Assembly (NCBI GenBank): GCA_963674825.1
Contig: OY771587.1
Coordinates: 1,632,001-1,696,000, forward strand
DNA length: 64,000 nt
Origin: Candidatus Cloacimonadales bacterium
GTDB taxonomy: Bacteria > Cloacimonadota > Cloacimonadia > Cloacimonadales > JAIOQZ01
Direction of reading: 5' to 3'
This document shows positions 18,708-28,887 of this stretch, piece after piece; position 1 is the first letter of the stretch; every line of letters starts with the position of its first letter. The translations under genes and the position numbers were made by a program. Below the pieces are notes generated by a model. That model was not told where the DNA came from. It saw nothing but the letters and a program-made list of their open reading frames with translations, and did no database searches.

Positions 18708-21104
18708 ATGCTCGCAAAGATATTAATTGTAGGGTTCAGAAATTTGCTCAAAAACAAGACCTTCTCTCTGATCAACGTCGTAGGTCTCGCTGTAGGTCTT
18801 GCATCCTGCGTGTTTCTGATCCTCATCGCCAATTTCCATTATCACTTTGATGACTACCACTCCAAAATCGATCGCATCTATCGCCTCAACGACCGCATCG
18901 TGGGCCAGGGAAGCATCGATCACAACACTGCACTCACGCCACCGGAGTGGTCACCTGCCATGAAAGAGGAATACCCTGAGGTGGAAGACTTCTGCCGCAT
19001 CGAGGACGGAAACGTCAATTTTCGCGTCGGAGAAGAACTGAACAGCTACTACCTCGTTTACACCGATCCATCCTTCTTCGATATATTCGATTACCCGCTT
19101 ATAGCCGGCAATCCCAAGACCGCGCTCAACGAGCCGTACTCACTTATCCTGGGAAAAGATTACGCCGAGCAGCTCTTCCCGGACGAAGATCCTGTCGGAA
19201 AAACGCTCTTTTCCGTCGTCGAAAACAAAAACTACCTGGTTACCGGTGTGATGGGAGAAATACCCTACAACACCACCATGTATATTCCGGCTCTCTCATC
19301 ATACAGCACACTGAACAAGGATAATTATCAGTACTTCGAATCGTGGTACTACCACGCGGTCACAACATTCCTCCTCTTGAAACCGAACACAGATTACAAA
19401 AAGCTTCAGGAGAAATTCCCGGAGTTTATCGACCAGCACATGGATACAGAGAAGGTTGGCCGGTATAAGCCTTTCTTGCAACCGATGAAGAATTACCACC
19501 TCAAAAAGCGCTTTCTCCGCAGCGAGCAAGGTAATTTCATCGATCGAAACATCGTGCTTCTGATCGGCGGAATCGGGCTTCTGGTGATCGTTCTCGCATC
19601 GATCAACTATATCAATCTATCCAGTGCAATCTCCATGCGACGCTCAAGGGAAGTGGGTATGCGCAAGATATTCGGCTCCATGCGCAACCAGATCGTCACA
19701 CAGTTCATGGCTGAATCGCTCATTCTGTCCATCCCCTCCGGCATCGTCGGCACGGTTCTACTGGAACTCATCATCAAATACCTGAATTCAGCTTACTTCG
19801 ACAACATCTTCCCCACGCCCTATTATACCACGACGCACATCTTCGTCCTGACCATGATCATCTCGGTCATCGTTGGCCTTCTGGCAGGAATCTACCCTTC
19901 GTTCGTTCTATCATCTTACCGGCCTGCCGCAGCACTGAAAGACGGCTCCACCAAGGGACTAAAAGGGATGTGGTTCCGTAAGCTCTTCATCGTAGTGCAG
20001 TTCTTCCTGGCCATCACGCTGCTGGTCATCAATATCAATTTCTATCGCCAGATCAAATACATGGAGACCAAGGACTACGGCTTTAATCCAGACAGCATCT
20101 ACACCATCCCCAATCCCATCGGTTCCCGCTACGACCGGGCCGAAGTATTCCGTCAACGTTTGCTCGATGTTCAGGGAGTGAAAGAAGTCTCATTTTCCGC
20201 CAACACGCCAGGACTGGGCTACTGGTGGGGACGCTTCCTTCCCGAGGGTGCCGATCAGGAAGACGGCAGGATGTACAAGGTGCTGTTCGTTGACGATCGC
20301 GTTCTACCCATGATGGATTTCAAGCTGCTCGAGGGCCGATTCTTCTCGAACGAGTTCGCCACCGACAGCGTCAACACCGCAATAATCAACGAGGCTGCAT
20401 TGCGTGAATTCGGCTGGGATACTGCTGTCGGGAAGAAGGTTAACTACCTCTACCAGCAGTTCGGCGATACCACCCGTACCATTATCGGCGTGGTGAAGGA
20501 TTTCCATAGCGACAACCTCACCGAGCCCATCACACCCATGGTCATAATGTTCGATCCAAAGTTCATGAACGTCGCGAATATCAAGTACGATGAATCCAGA
20601 CGCAAAGAGATCCGGGATGAGATCGTCGAGATATGGAAGGAGTATCAGCCCGATTCGCCGATAAGCTACGGCACCTTCTTCGATGATGTTCTGGCCCGTC
20701 GTATCCATAGTATCAAGCCGTTCGTGCAAATGATCTCTATGTTTACCGGGCTATCCATCTTCATCGCCTGCATGGGCCTTTTCGGGTTGGTCTCGCTGGT
20801 GGCCCAGCAAAAACGAAAGGAAATGGGAATCCGCAAGGTGTTCGGGGCTTCGGGCGGCAGAATAGCCTACGAAGTTTCCTCGTACCTGATCAAATTTGTG
20901 ATCATCGCCAATGTTATCGCAATCCCGTTCGCGTGGTACGTCTTGAAGCAGGTAACCAGCAACATGGCATACGTGGTCAATTTCGTAGCCTGGCCGTGCA
21001 TTGTAGCCGCATTGGCCACGCTGATCATCGCGCTCTTGTCCGTTGGATGGCACGCGATCAAGACTGCTCGTTCCAATCCGGTGGATTCACTCCGATACGA
21101 ATAA
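18708..21104 (+). CDS. ABC transporter permease (duplicated MacB/FtsX type)
   Basis: RNLLKNK.FSLIN..GLA.G, INYINLS...R.REVGMRK..G, second FtsX repeat KEMGIRKVFGAS, C-terminal NPVDSLRYE. Confidence 0.92.
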   Translation: MLAKILIVGFRNLLKNKTFSLINVVGLAVGLASCVFLILIANFHYHFDDYHSKIDRIYRLNDRIVGQGSIDHNTALTPPEWSPAMKEEYPEVEDFCRIEDGNVNFRVGEELNSYYLVYTDPSFFDIFDYPLIAGNPKTALNEPYSLILGKDYAEQLFPDEDPVGKTLFSVVENKNYLVTGVMGEIPYNTTMYIPALSSYSTLNKDNYQYFESWYYHAVTTFLLLKPNTDYKKLQEKFPEFIDQHMDTEKVGRYKPFLQPMKNYHLKKRFLRSEQGNFIDRNIVLLIGGIGLLVIVLASINYINLSSAISMRRSREVGMRKIFGSMRNQIVTQFMAESLILSIPSGIVGTVLLELIIKYLNSAYFDNIFPTPYYTTTHIFVLTMIISVIVGLLAGIYPSFVLSSYRPAAALKDGSTKGLKGMWFRKLFIVVQFFLAITLLVININFYRQIKYMETKDYGFNPDSIYTIPNPIGSRYDRAEVFRQRLLDVQGVKEVSFSANTPGLGYWWGRFLPEGADQEDGRMYKVLFVDDRVLPMMDFKLLEGRFFSNEFATDSVNTAIINEAALREFGWDTAVGKKVNYLYQQFGDTTRTIIGVVKDFHSDNLTEPITPMVIMFDPKFMNVANIKYDESRRKEIRDEIVEIWKEYQPDSPISYGTFFDDVLARRIHSIKPFVQMISMFTGLSIFIACMGLFGLVSLVAQQKRKEMGIRKVFGASGGRIAYEVSSYLIKFVIIANVIAIPFAWYVLKQVTSNMAYVVNFVAWPCIVAALATLIIALLSVGWHAIKTARSNPVDSLRYE

Positions 21105-21125
21105 TTACTCCGTATGAAATAATAA

Positions 21126-21154
21126 GAAAGGGCAGCCGCAACGGCTGCCCTTTC
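21126..21154. terminator. Bidirectional terminator between convergent genes
   Basis: GAAAGGGCAGCCG-caa-CGGCTGCCCTTTC. Confidence 0.75.
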
Positions 21155-21175
21155 CTATATCTATAAGATGTTGTA

Positions 21176-21634
21176 TTACAATACGAATCGATACATGATT
21201 TGCAGGATGACGTTGCTGAGGATACCAGCCATCACGTCGTCTGCAGTGATACCCAGCCCACCGGTCAGCCGCTGTAATTGTTTCACGGGAAACGGCTTGA
21301 CGATATCGAAAAAGCGAAACAGCACAAAAGCGAGTCCGGCAGTAAGAATCGTCTGCGGAAGCATAAGCACCGCAATAAAATAGCCACATACCTCGTCAAT
21401 TACAATACGACCATCGTCATGCCCCAGTTCACGTTCCGCGAAATCGCTGAACAACACGCTGAGCAACGTCGTCGCCACAGCGATGATCCATAACACCGTC
21501 TGATTTACGGCCACCAGGCTCGACGATAGAATCAGATAAATTCCGGCGGTCAGCAGCGTGGCAAATGTACCGGGCGCTTTCGGAAAATATCCGGTATAGA
21601 AAAACGTAGCAAAAAAGACCGACAGCTTCCGCAC
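21176..21634 (-). CDS. pgpA: Phosphatidylglycerophosphatase A
   Basis: P.APGT, D.G.IVIDEV.G, FRFFDIVKPFP, GI.ADDV.AG. Confidence 0.93.
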   Translation of the reverse strand: MRKLSVFFATFFYTGYFPKAPGTFATLLTAGIYLILSSSLVAVNQTVLWIIAVATTLLSVLFSDFAERELGHDDGRIVIDEVCGYFIAVLMLPQTILTAGLAFVLFRFFDIVKPFPVKQLQRLTGGLGITADDVMAGILSNVILQIMYRFVL

Positions 21635-22905
21635 TATTCCTCGAGAAACACTTCGACGTATTTGTCTTTTTTGAGCTGACGAATCAGGTCTTCGTAGATT
21701 TCCATCTGCTTCTGATTTTCTACATAGCCGCGAAGCTGATCCTGGATCTCGGTATATTCGTAAGGACGTTCGGGAACCCTCTTCAGCTTGCCAAAGATGT
21801 ACAGCAGCTCGTCCTGACGGATCACATCGGTGTAGTCGCCGTAATCGAGTGCCATGAGCTGATCCTTGAACATCTCGGGATATTCATCGACACTGAATTC
21901 GCCCATGATTCCGCCATGAACCGCAGTCGAATCATCTTCGGAGTATGTCATCGCGAGTTCACTGAAATCCTCACCCGCGCGAAGACGCTGCAAGACATTG
22001 TCCATTAGCTGAATTTCAGCTTCAACATCCTCTTCGGAGGCAACGACCTGCTTAAGAATGTGTCTTGCACGGACATTATCGCCGTCACGTTCTTCAACCT
22101 TGATTATGTGATAGCCGAATTGGGTCTTCACAACATCGCTAATCTGCCCAGGACGCAACTCGAACGCTACCTTCTCGAATTCATAGACCATCTGTCCGCG
22201 ACCGAAGAAACCTAGATCGCCACCATTTTTCTTGCTGGGGCAATCGCTACGTTCTTTGGCCAGCTTGGCAAAATCGGCACCTTCACGGAGCTCGTCGAGA
22301 ATCTCGCTGATCTCTTTCAGCGCTTTTTCCTGCGTATCTTCACTAGCTTCTATTTTGCGCATGATCATACCGATCTGGTCCTTTTCTGGACGCAGTGGAA
22401 TCTCATCGCGGTGCTCTTCGTAGTACTCTTCCACTTCCGCTTCGGTAACGGTCACCTTGCTGCGGATTTCGTTCTGGAAGATAAGCTGCTTGAGCTGTTC
22501 TTCGCGGATACGATCCTGATAGACCTTCTTCAGGTCGTAATAGGTCAATCCGGCTTTTTGCATCTCTTGTTCCATCACTTCACGCGAAGGAAACTGTGCT
22601 GCGACTTTATCCAGCTCTTCCTGAGCCTGCAATTTTATCTTTTGTTCGTCAACATTATAGGCTTCGTCTCGCGCTTTCTGGATAATCAGGCGTGATTCGA
22701 TCATCTGATCCAGCACATCCATCTCTGTCATGTCGGGCGGCATCATCTTCATGCTTTGCATCTGCATGATCTGGGTCTGTAATTCGCTTTCCAGAATGAT
22801 CTCTCTTCCGATCTTGGCAACGATCCGATCCAGCACTTCAGCGCTTGCATTGGCGCAAAGAATCGTCAGCATGATTGCGATCCATATCAGTCGTGTGATT
22901 TTCAT
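21634..22905 (-). CDS. SurA-like periplasmic chaperone/parvulin PPIase
   Basis: DRIVAKIG.EIIL.SE N-domain; two parvulin domains (F.KLA...SD..S...GGDLG.F..G.MV.EFE, FGYHIIK). Confidence 0.88.
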   Translation of the reverse strand: MKITRLIWIAIMLTILCANASAEVLDRIVAKIGREIILESELQTQIMQMQSMKMMPPDMTEMDVLDQMIESRLIIQKARDEAYNVDEQKIKLQAQEELDKVAAQFPSREVMEQEMQKAGLTYYDLKKVYQDRIREEQLKQLIFQNEIRSKVTVTEAEVEEYYEEHRDEIPLRPEKDQIGMIMRKIEASEDTQEKALKEISEILDELREGADFAKLAKERSDCPSKKNGGDLGFFGRGQMVYEFEKVAFELRPGQISDVVKTQFGYHIIKVEERDGDNVRARHILKQVVASEEDVEAEIQLMDNVLQRLRAGEDFSELAMTYSEDDSTAVHGGIMGEFSVDEYPEMFKDQLMALDYGDYTDVIRQDELLYIFGKLKRVPERPYEYTEIQDQLRGYVENQKQMEIYEDLIRQLKKDKYVEVFLEE

Positions 22906-22924
22906 TCGTTTCTATTCCTTCGTC

Positions 22925-23728
22925 TTATATATTCGTCACGATCTTGGCTTTCTTTTCGAGTTCCTGGATGAGGTTCTCAGTCTCGCTCTTGAGCTTTTCG
23001 ACTCGTAGCTTCTCTTCTATTTCCGCTTTGACGTCTTCGAAGTCGGCTGCCTGGGTAGGAACCTTTCGACTCCGATAATGCAGGATAAGGTAATAGCCAT
23101 TATCAACCTGGACCGCAGCATATTCCCACGCATTTCGCTTGATCAGCTCGTTCCAGATGCGATCACCAAGTTCCTTGCGCGATTGGAAGCCAACCCAACC
23201 ACCATTTTTGCCGATTGCTTCCTCTGAATATTTGGTCGCGGCATCGGTAAACTTCATTCCGCCACGGATCGCGTCCTGTACTTCCTGAAGCTTTTCTTTG
23301 GTCGATACGAAGATTCGCTGGATCTTGAGTTCGGTTTCTTCACCGAGATAGTTCCGCTTGTAATACTCGAACGCTTCTTCTTCTGAGATATTGATCTGCC
23401 GGACATACTGTGCCAACACTGCATTGGCGAGCACCTTCATCCGAGCGCTATCAAGCTTCATACGAATGGCCGGTTGTTGATCGAGATGCATGCTCTGCGC
23501 TTCCTGACTCAAGAGGGTCAATCGCTTCCATTGGTTGACGATTTCCTGCTTGTCTTCGGTAGAGAGCGCGTTCCATGCCTCAGGAGAATATTCGGCCTGG
23601 AGATCTTCCAGCAACAGCACAGCATCGTTGACCTGTGCAACGACCGTACCCTGCGGTTCTTCTGCCTGTTTTTTGCAGGAAACAACCAGAAGCGTAATGA
23701 ACACCAGAAAAATAGTAAGGTATCTCAT
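22925..23728 (-). CDS. Parvulin-type PPIase lipoprotein
   Basis: Lipobox VVSC; VVAQVN; F..AA.KYSE....NGG..G. Confidence 0.75.
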   Translation of the reverse strand: MRYLTIFLVFITLLVVSCKKQAEEPQGTVVAQVNDAVLLLEDLQAEYSPEAWNALSTEDKQEIVNQWKRLTLLSQEAQSMHLDQQPAIRMKLDSARMKVLANAVLAQYVRQINISEEEAFEYYKRNYLGEETELKIQRIFVSTKEKLQEVQDAIRGGMKFTDAATKYSEEAIGKNGGWVGFQSRKELGDRIWNELIKRNAWEYAAVQVDNGYYLILHYRSRKVPTQAADFEDVKAEIEEKLRVEKLKSETENLIQELEKKAKIVTNI

Positions 23729-23729
23729 G

Positions 23730-24950
23730 TCAGAATTCCTCAATAAATGGTCTGGTGAATGTCACATCGAGATAGGGGTCTGATGTTGAAAGAATGTGTC
23801 CCAGATCACGATCTTCTTCGACAGAACGGATCAGGAAACCGTGATTTTCCGCTTCTCCCGACACAATCGCCTGAAGCAGCGAGGTTATATCGACCCGGAT
23901 TTGACCGGTATCTTCGTCGTAATACGCCACATCGTTTCCAGTATAGTAGAGGTAGTCTTCCGTGTAGATCAGTGGGACAGAAGGCTCTTCAGTCAGCATC
24001 ATATAGGCGCGAGCAGAGAACGTTCCATCCACAGCGTAAGATTGATCCGCGTCGATATCGAAGACCAGCTCCGCTCGGTTGATGGTGGTGTGCGTGTAAT
24101 CGTAGGCGGTGAGTTCATCAAGACCAGATACGGAAAGTGCTTCGTTGAACTGGTCGTAGTCGAAATTCAGCTTGATCACCGTACGATAGGGATAGATATT
24201 CGAGAGGAACATACCATCGAACGATTCGCCCAGGGTGGTGTCCTCATCGGGATTATTATAAATGGTCACATCGTCGATCGCGTCTTCGGAATAGGTCAAA
24301 GTCTCTCCATCCACCGTATAATCGAACTCGAGGAGCGGAGCATAATCAGAATCAAGCGAGTAGATCTCCAGAAACTGGTCCGGTGTGTCCGTGAAAAGGG
24401 CGATACCGAAGTTATTGGTTTCGTCTTCGTCATTGGTGATATTATCCAGCCATTCCTGCAGCAAATCGAGCGGGAACGTGACAGCCAGTGTATCGACGGC
24501 AGAATCGTACTGGAAACTCGCGATTGCTTCGTAATCGTGTCCGGGAGTTTCCCATTCGATTTCATCGGCTGCATAGGTCCAGGTGCAGTCTTCCTCTTCC
24601 CAGTTCTCGGGCATTCTGGCGATTCGGATCGTCATGCTGTCCGGAACGACATCGTTTACCGGCTTGATATACATAGTTGCGGATAATGCCTGAGCATCGG
24701 ATGGTAAATCGTCCCATCTGATAAGGGTCATGAGCCGGATGTTCTGGTAGTTGCCAAGTGTGTTGATGGTTGCACCATCGTAGTTCTGTACAGTATCACG
24801 ATAGTTCCAGGCATATGTAACCAGACTGTCGGACATGGTCACATTTTCAGGATCAAGGATATTGTTATCATATCCAGTTTGATTTGCTTTGTCGGTGCAA
24901 CCGACTGTCAGGAGAACTGCTGCAATGAGCAGTGCGATGAAAAACCTCAT
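23730..24950 (-). CDS. Acidic lipoprotein of unknown function (DNRLRE-like region)
   Basis: Lipobox TVGC; W.E...TW....W..PG.D and NFGIAL patterns. Confidence 0.6.
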   Translation of the reverse strand: MRFFIALLIAAVLLTVGCTDKANQTGYDNNILDPENVTMSDSLVTYAWNYRDTVQNYDGATINTLGNYQNIRLMTLIRWDDLPSDAQALSATMYIKPVNDVVPDSMTIRIARMPENWEEEDCTWTYAADEIEWETPGHDYEAIASFQYDSAVDTLAVTFPLDLLQEWLDNITNDEDETNNFGIALFTDTPDQFLEIYSLDSDYAPLLEFDYTVDGETLTYSEDAIDDVTIYNNPDEDTTLGESFDGMFLSNIYPYRTVIKLNFDYDQFNEALSVSGLDELTAYDYTHTTINRAELVFDIDADQSYAVDGTFSARAYMMLTEEPSVPLIYTEDYLYYTGNDVAYYDEDTGQIRVDITSLLQAIVSGEAENHGFLIRSVEEDRDLGHILSTSDPYLDVTFTRPFIEEF

Positions 24951-24960
24951 ACATAATCCT

Positions 24961-25212
24961 TATATGATTTCTATTTTATATTCAATACATAGAGATAATA
25001 ATAATAACAAGGGCTGTGGATATGGTGATAACCCTGTTTTTATAACGCAGAAGCTGCTGCCTTGTTACTATTTACAATGACACGGAAAATGTGGATAACC
25101 CGTGTATTTCTTTTGAATAACATGTCAGTTATCCACGTACCTTGTTTTTGTCAAAGGAATTCCAAGCGTTATCCACAGTCATTAACACCATCCTGTGTGG
25201 ATAAGTGGATAT
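24961..25212. other. oriC, dnaA-downstream part (AT-rich region, DnaA-trios, DnaA boxes)
   Basis: TAA TAA TAA TAA CAA GGGC TGTGGATAT GGTGATAAC at 24996-25032; boxes TGTGGATAA 25090 and 25196, TTATCCACG 25129, TTATCCACA 25169. Confidence 0.85.
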
Positions 25213-25328
25213 CGGGATTTTGACCGATAATTTCATACTCGTAACTCCTTTCATATAAAAAAAATCCCACTGGCCTCGCATGATTTTGAATCCTTCGAAA
25301 CACAGTGGGATAAATTTCAGGTTCACGT

Positions 25329-26663
25329 TCAAGGATTCTTGATTTCCTTGATCAGCAGCTCGATTTGAATACGAAATTTATTGTCTGAACGGAACTGGTT
25401 TTCGATCATTTTCTTGGCGTGAAGCACCGTTGTGTGGTCCTTGCGCTTGTAATATTCCGCGATTTCCTTCAGCGATGCCTGTGGAATCAACAGATTGGAA
25501 AGATACATCGCCACCTGTCTCGGGAAGGCGATGTGCTTCTTACGCGTTTTATCGAAGAGCTGTGTAGGTGTGACGTTGTACATGTCGCACACCTTCTGCA
25601 TGATCGTATCGAGGTTGATATCGCGCACTTTTTCCGAGATCAGGTCGGAGAGGATCTCCTTGGCCAGATCGGGGTCGATATCTTCGGTATTGAGGTTGTT
25701 GTAAGATGCGTACGCAAGGATGCGGATCAACGATCCTTCCAGCGCGCGTACGTTGCTGGATACATATTCCGCGATGAAACCGATGACATCTTCGCGCAGG
25801 AAGATATCTTCGTTTTCGGCCTTTTTGCTCAGGATTGCCGCACGAGTCTCGAAATCGGGGCTCTTGAGGTCGGCCATCAGTCCCCACTCGAAACGGGTTA
25901 CAAGGCGTTTTTCGAGGTCATGGATATCCTTGAGCGGTCTGTCGCTGGTGATAACAATCTGCTTTTTATTCTCGTAGAGAGCGTTGAAGGTGTGGAAGAA
26001 AGTTTCCTGGGTACTTTCCTTACCGGCCAGGAAGTGGACGTCGTCCACCAGAAGAACATCGACATTACGGAACTTATTTCGGAACTCGGTCATGTTCTTG
26101 GTCTTCAGTGCTTCGATCATTTCGTTGGTGAATTCTTCGGCTGTTGTGTAATATACGTATCTGGAGCTCTGCTCTTCACCCAGAAAATTGCCGATAGCCT
26201 GCATGAGATGGGTTTTTCCCATACCCGATTCCCCATATATGAATAGTGGGTTGTAAGCGGTTCCTGGTGATTCGGCGACGGCCATTGAGGCAGAGTGTGC
26301 AAAGTTGTTGCTCTTACCCACTACGAATTGGTCGAAGGTGTATTTAGGGTTGAGCTTGCCGCTGCTCTGCTGTTGATTACCATTGAGCTTGAAGCTGCCG
26401 TTTTTCTGCTTCTTGAGCGGGTAATTGGTAAAGCGAACCTTATATTCTTTTTTATAGAGGTTGTAGGAGATTTCTGACAATAGAACCGTGTAATTCTGAT
26501 TCAGGAAATCGGCGGTAAATTTTGTAGGCACCTGAACCAGAAGGATATTGTTGTCGATATCGATCAGTTTTGTGTCGCTGAACCAAGTTTTAAAACTTTT
26601 CGGGTTGATATGATCTTCCAATGTATTTAAGACATTTTCCCATATATCCTGATCTCTTTCCAT
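25329..26663 (-). CDS. dnaA: Chromosomal replication initiator DnaA
   Basis: LNPKYTFDQFVVG.SN, YNPLFIYG..G.GKTHL, LLVDD, FFHTFN, RF.WGL, NVR.LEG, RQVAMYL, DHTTV.H. Confidence 0.98.
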   Translation of the reverse strand: MERDQDIWENVLNTLEDHINPKSFKTWFSDTKLIDIDNNILLVQVPTKFTADFLNQNYTVLLSEISYNLYKKEYKVRFTNYPLKKQKNGSFKLNGNQQQSSGKLNPKYTFDQFVVGKSNNFAHSASMAVAESPGTAYNPLFIYGESGMGKTHLMQAIGNFLGEEQSSRYVYYTTAEEFTNEMIEALKTKNMTEFRNKFRNVDVLLVDDVHFLAGKESTQETFFHTFNALYENKKQIVITSDRPLKDIHDLEKRLVTRFEWGLMADLKSPDFETRAAILSKKAENEDIFLREDVIGFIAEYVSSNVRALEGSLIRILAYASYNNLNTEDIDPDLAKEILSDLISEKVRDINLDTIMQKVCDMYNVTPTQLFDKTRKKHIAFPRQVAMYLSNLLIPQASLKEIAEYYKRKDHTTVLHAKKMIENQFRSDNKFRIQIELLIKEIKNP

Positions 26664-26700
26664 TAAGACTCCTCGGAATAATTTCTAACTCTGCGGATGT

Positions 26701-26998
26701 TTATCCACGAACTTATCCACAGAAAACCGACGGGATACGAAATACCTTAACTACATCAAATACAATATTTAAGAGCAAGCATTACAATAGGTACTCCTCG
26801 ACTTATCCACATCAGCACATGATGTGTCATCCCCGGCAAAGAAAGCTGGATGAGGCATGTATTAAAGCATAGAATTCCCATGACTGTTGTATCATGCTTT
26901 TCCCATCCACAATCAATAGATTGCATATTCAATCGGATCCGTCATTTACAAAGAACCAGGTCCTTCCGGCATCGACGAAACCAGTATTGTTATCCACT
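26701..26998. promoter_or_regulatory. DnaA-box cluster upstream of dnaA
   Basis: TTATCCACG 26701, TTATCCACA 26713 and 26803, CCATCCACA 26903, TTATCCACT 26990. Confidence 0.8.
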
Positions 26999-27507
26999 GC
27001 ACGAGTCGTTTCAGACCCACACAACCTTTCAAGATTCTACATGACGAGATAATTTGTCAAGGCGCGTTTGTTTGATTTCTTCCATAGAAGAATCGAGACA
27101 AAATTGTTATAATATATTGAAATATATAAAATTATGTGAATTGGTAGTATTTTTGATTTTTTAGGATCATAAATTCTAATGTGATGAACCACATGGATCA
27201 ACCGATCTGTGAAGAATTCCTGTAAAAAAAATTTGGAAATGATGAATGGCATATTTTACGGACATGTAATGATCTATATATCAGTATGATAGGATTAATC
27301 TGGGGCATGAATACTCCTGTATATGTTGTTAGTTTCCTGAAATGATTGATGTTGTCGTGTCGACAGGTTTAATATTAACGAATATGAAAAAACAAAATAA
27401 ATAGATTAACTGAGTGTAGCGGAATAATGGCTATCGGGTTCAGCTTTTCAATTGACAGAAATTTCTGAACGAAAAGGATTGTGATACGAAAAAATAAGGA
27501 TACAAAA

Positions 27508-28833
27508 ATGTCGCCATCACATACAAGTAGATCAATAGAAATCGAGCATCCGGAAATCTTCAGAAGAAAGAGCAAGGTAAGCCTTGAGTCAATCAACCGG
27601 TTCGTCTTACTTGCATTTGCATTTAGCCCCATTATATCGATTGTTACGTGGGTATCGATTCAGATAAGTGGGAAGTTTTTATTCGCAACCATTATGATCG
27701 TATTGACCTTTATGAATATGTTGAATCCCAGGAAAAAAGGTAGTGGGTTAAAAAATTACTACTTCATTTTAGCGTTATTGATTGCATATCATCTTATCCT
27801 TGATATTGTTTACGGTCGAATATCCTTCGACAGAATCCAATTATTCGCATACAAGAACTGGGCTGTACAAACTCTTTGCGTTTTGTATCTTATTGATAAC
27901 ACGAAATTTAAAACAAAGAAAATACATTTATATGTCCGTTTCATGGTCATTGTTGCGATAATGGCCGTGGTTGTATCTTTTATTCAGATTAGGTTTGATA
28001 AGAATTTCCTCATTCAAAAGTATTACTATGAGGGACAATCAAATTACTCACTGGTTTCGGCTCAGTCGATCTATTCCTATATCGATAGGAATGCGATTGG
28101 ATTCGACTTTGTACCAATGATGGCTGCTTTAATAGGTTGGAGTGTTTTCTTTGGCAGGCAAAATCTGTATCTGATCAATGTTCTGATAGCCGGGTTCGTT
28201 TCGATGGCTTCTACAAGAAGGTACGTGATGTTGGCGGTCGTGGTCGCATTGTTTCAGTTTGTATTTATCAAGATGCATGCAAAAAAGAAGACATTATGGC
28301 TTATAGGTGTTGTATTTGGTGTATCGATTGTTATCATGCTTTTCTCATTTGTTTTTTCTGGTTCAGGATATTCGCTTGATAATTATTTACATAAAAGGAT
28401 TCTGTCAGAGTCTGCGATGTCTCGAATTGAGGCTTTTAGTTTGTTCAAAAAGCACTTCCCGCGAAACATCTGGCTGGGCACAGGTGGTGGACAGGATTTC
28501 GAATTGAAAACTGATATCCGTAGTGGATACACATCCCAGATTCATGTTGGGTACTTGTCATTCTTGTACCAGTATGGTATTTTTGGTGGAGTGCTATTCT
28601 TCATGTTTATCATTACGTTTCTAGTAAAATTGATTCGAGAGTCGAGTTATTCGAAATTCTATGGAGGATTGTTTGCTTTCATTGTTATCCTGGTAAATTA
28701 TGCAACATTGGTGCAGTTTTCATTACTATATACCGGTGTCGCATTCGGATTGATTCTGCACAAGTTCTTCTATGAGCAAAAGAAGCTCGAAGATGAACAG
28801 GCTCGGCTTCTATCAGTAGAAGTTGTCGAGTAA
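27508..28833 (+). CDS. O-antigen ligase/Wzy-like polytopic membrane protein
   Basis: About 11 hydrophobic segments, S..R, WLGTG, H.GYL..LYQYGIFG; visibly AT-rich; next to rfbA. Confidence 0.75.
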   Translation: MSPSHTSRSIEIEHPEIFRRKSKVSLESINRFVLLAFAFSPIISIVTWVSIQISGKFLFATIMIVLTFMNMLNPRKKGSGLKNYYFILALLIAYHLILDIVYGRISFDRIQLFAYKNWAVQTLCVLYLIDNTKFKTKKIHLYVRFMVIVAIMAVVVSFIQIRFDKNFLIQKYYYEGQSNYSLVSAQSIYSYIDRNAIGFDFVPMMAALIGWSVFFGRQNLYLINVLIAGFVSMASTRRYVMLAVVVALFQFVFIKMHAKKKTLWLIGVVFGVSIVIMLFSFVFSGSGYSLDNYLHKRILSESAMSRIEAFSLFKKHFPRNIWLGTGGGQDFELKTDIRSGYTSQIHVGYLSFLYQYGIFGGVLFFMFIITFLVKLIRESSYSKFYGGLFAFIVILVNYATLVQFSLLYTGVAFGLILHKFFYEQKKLEDEQARLLSVEVVE

Positions 28834-28887
28834 ATTCTATTGCTATACGTGATCAATGGTTATCCTTAGTCATTTTGGGAGGTACGT

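Noticed and set aside
23796..26246. Long antisense ORFs (296 aa, 275 aa) and similar ones opposite recJ and the activator
   Set aside because: Mirror frames of well-supported genes, typical of codon bias; no motifs.
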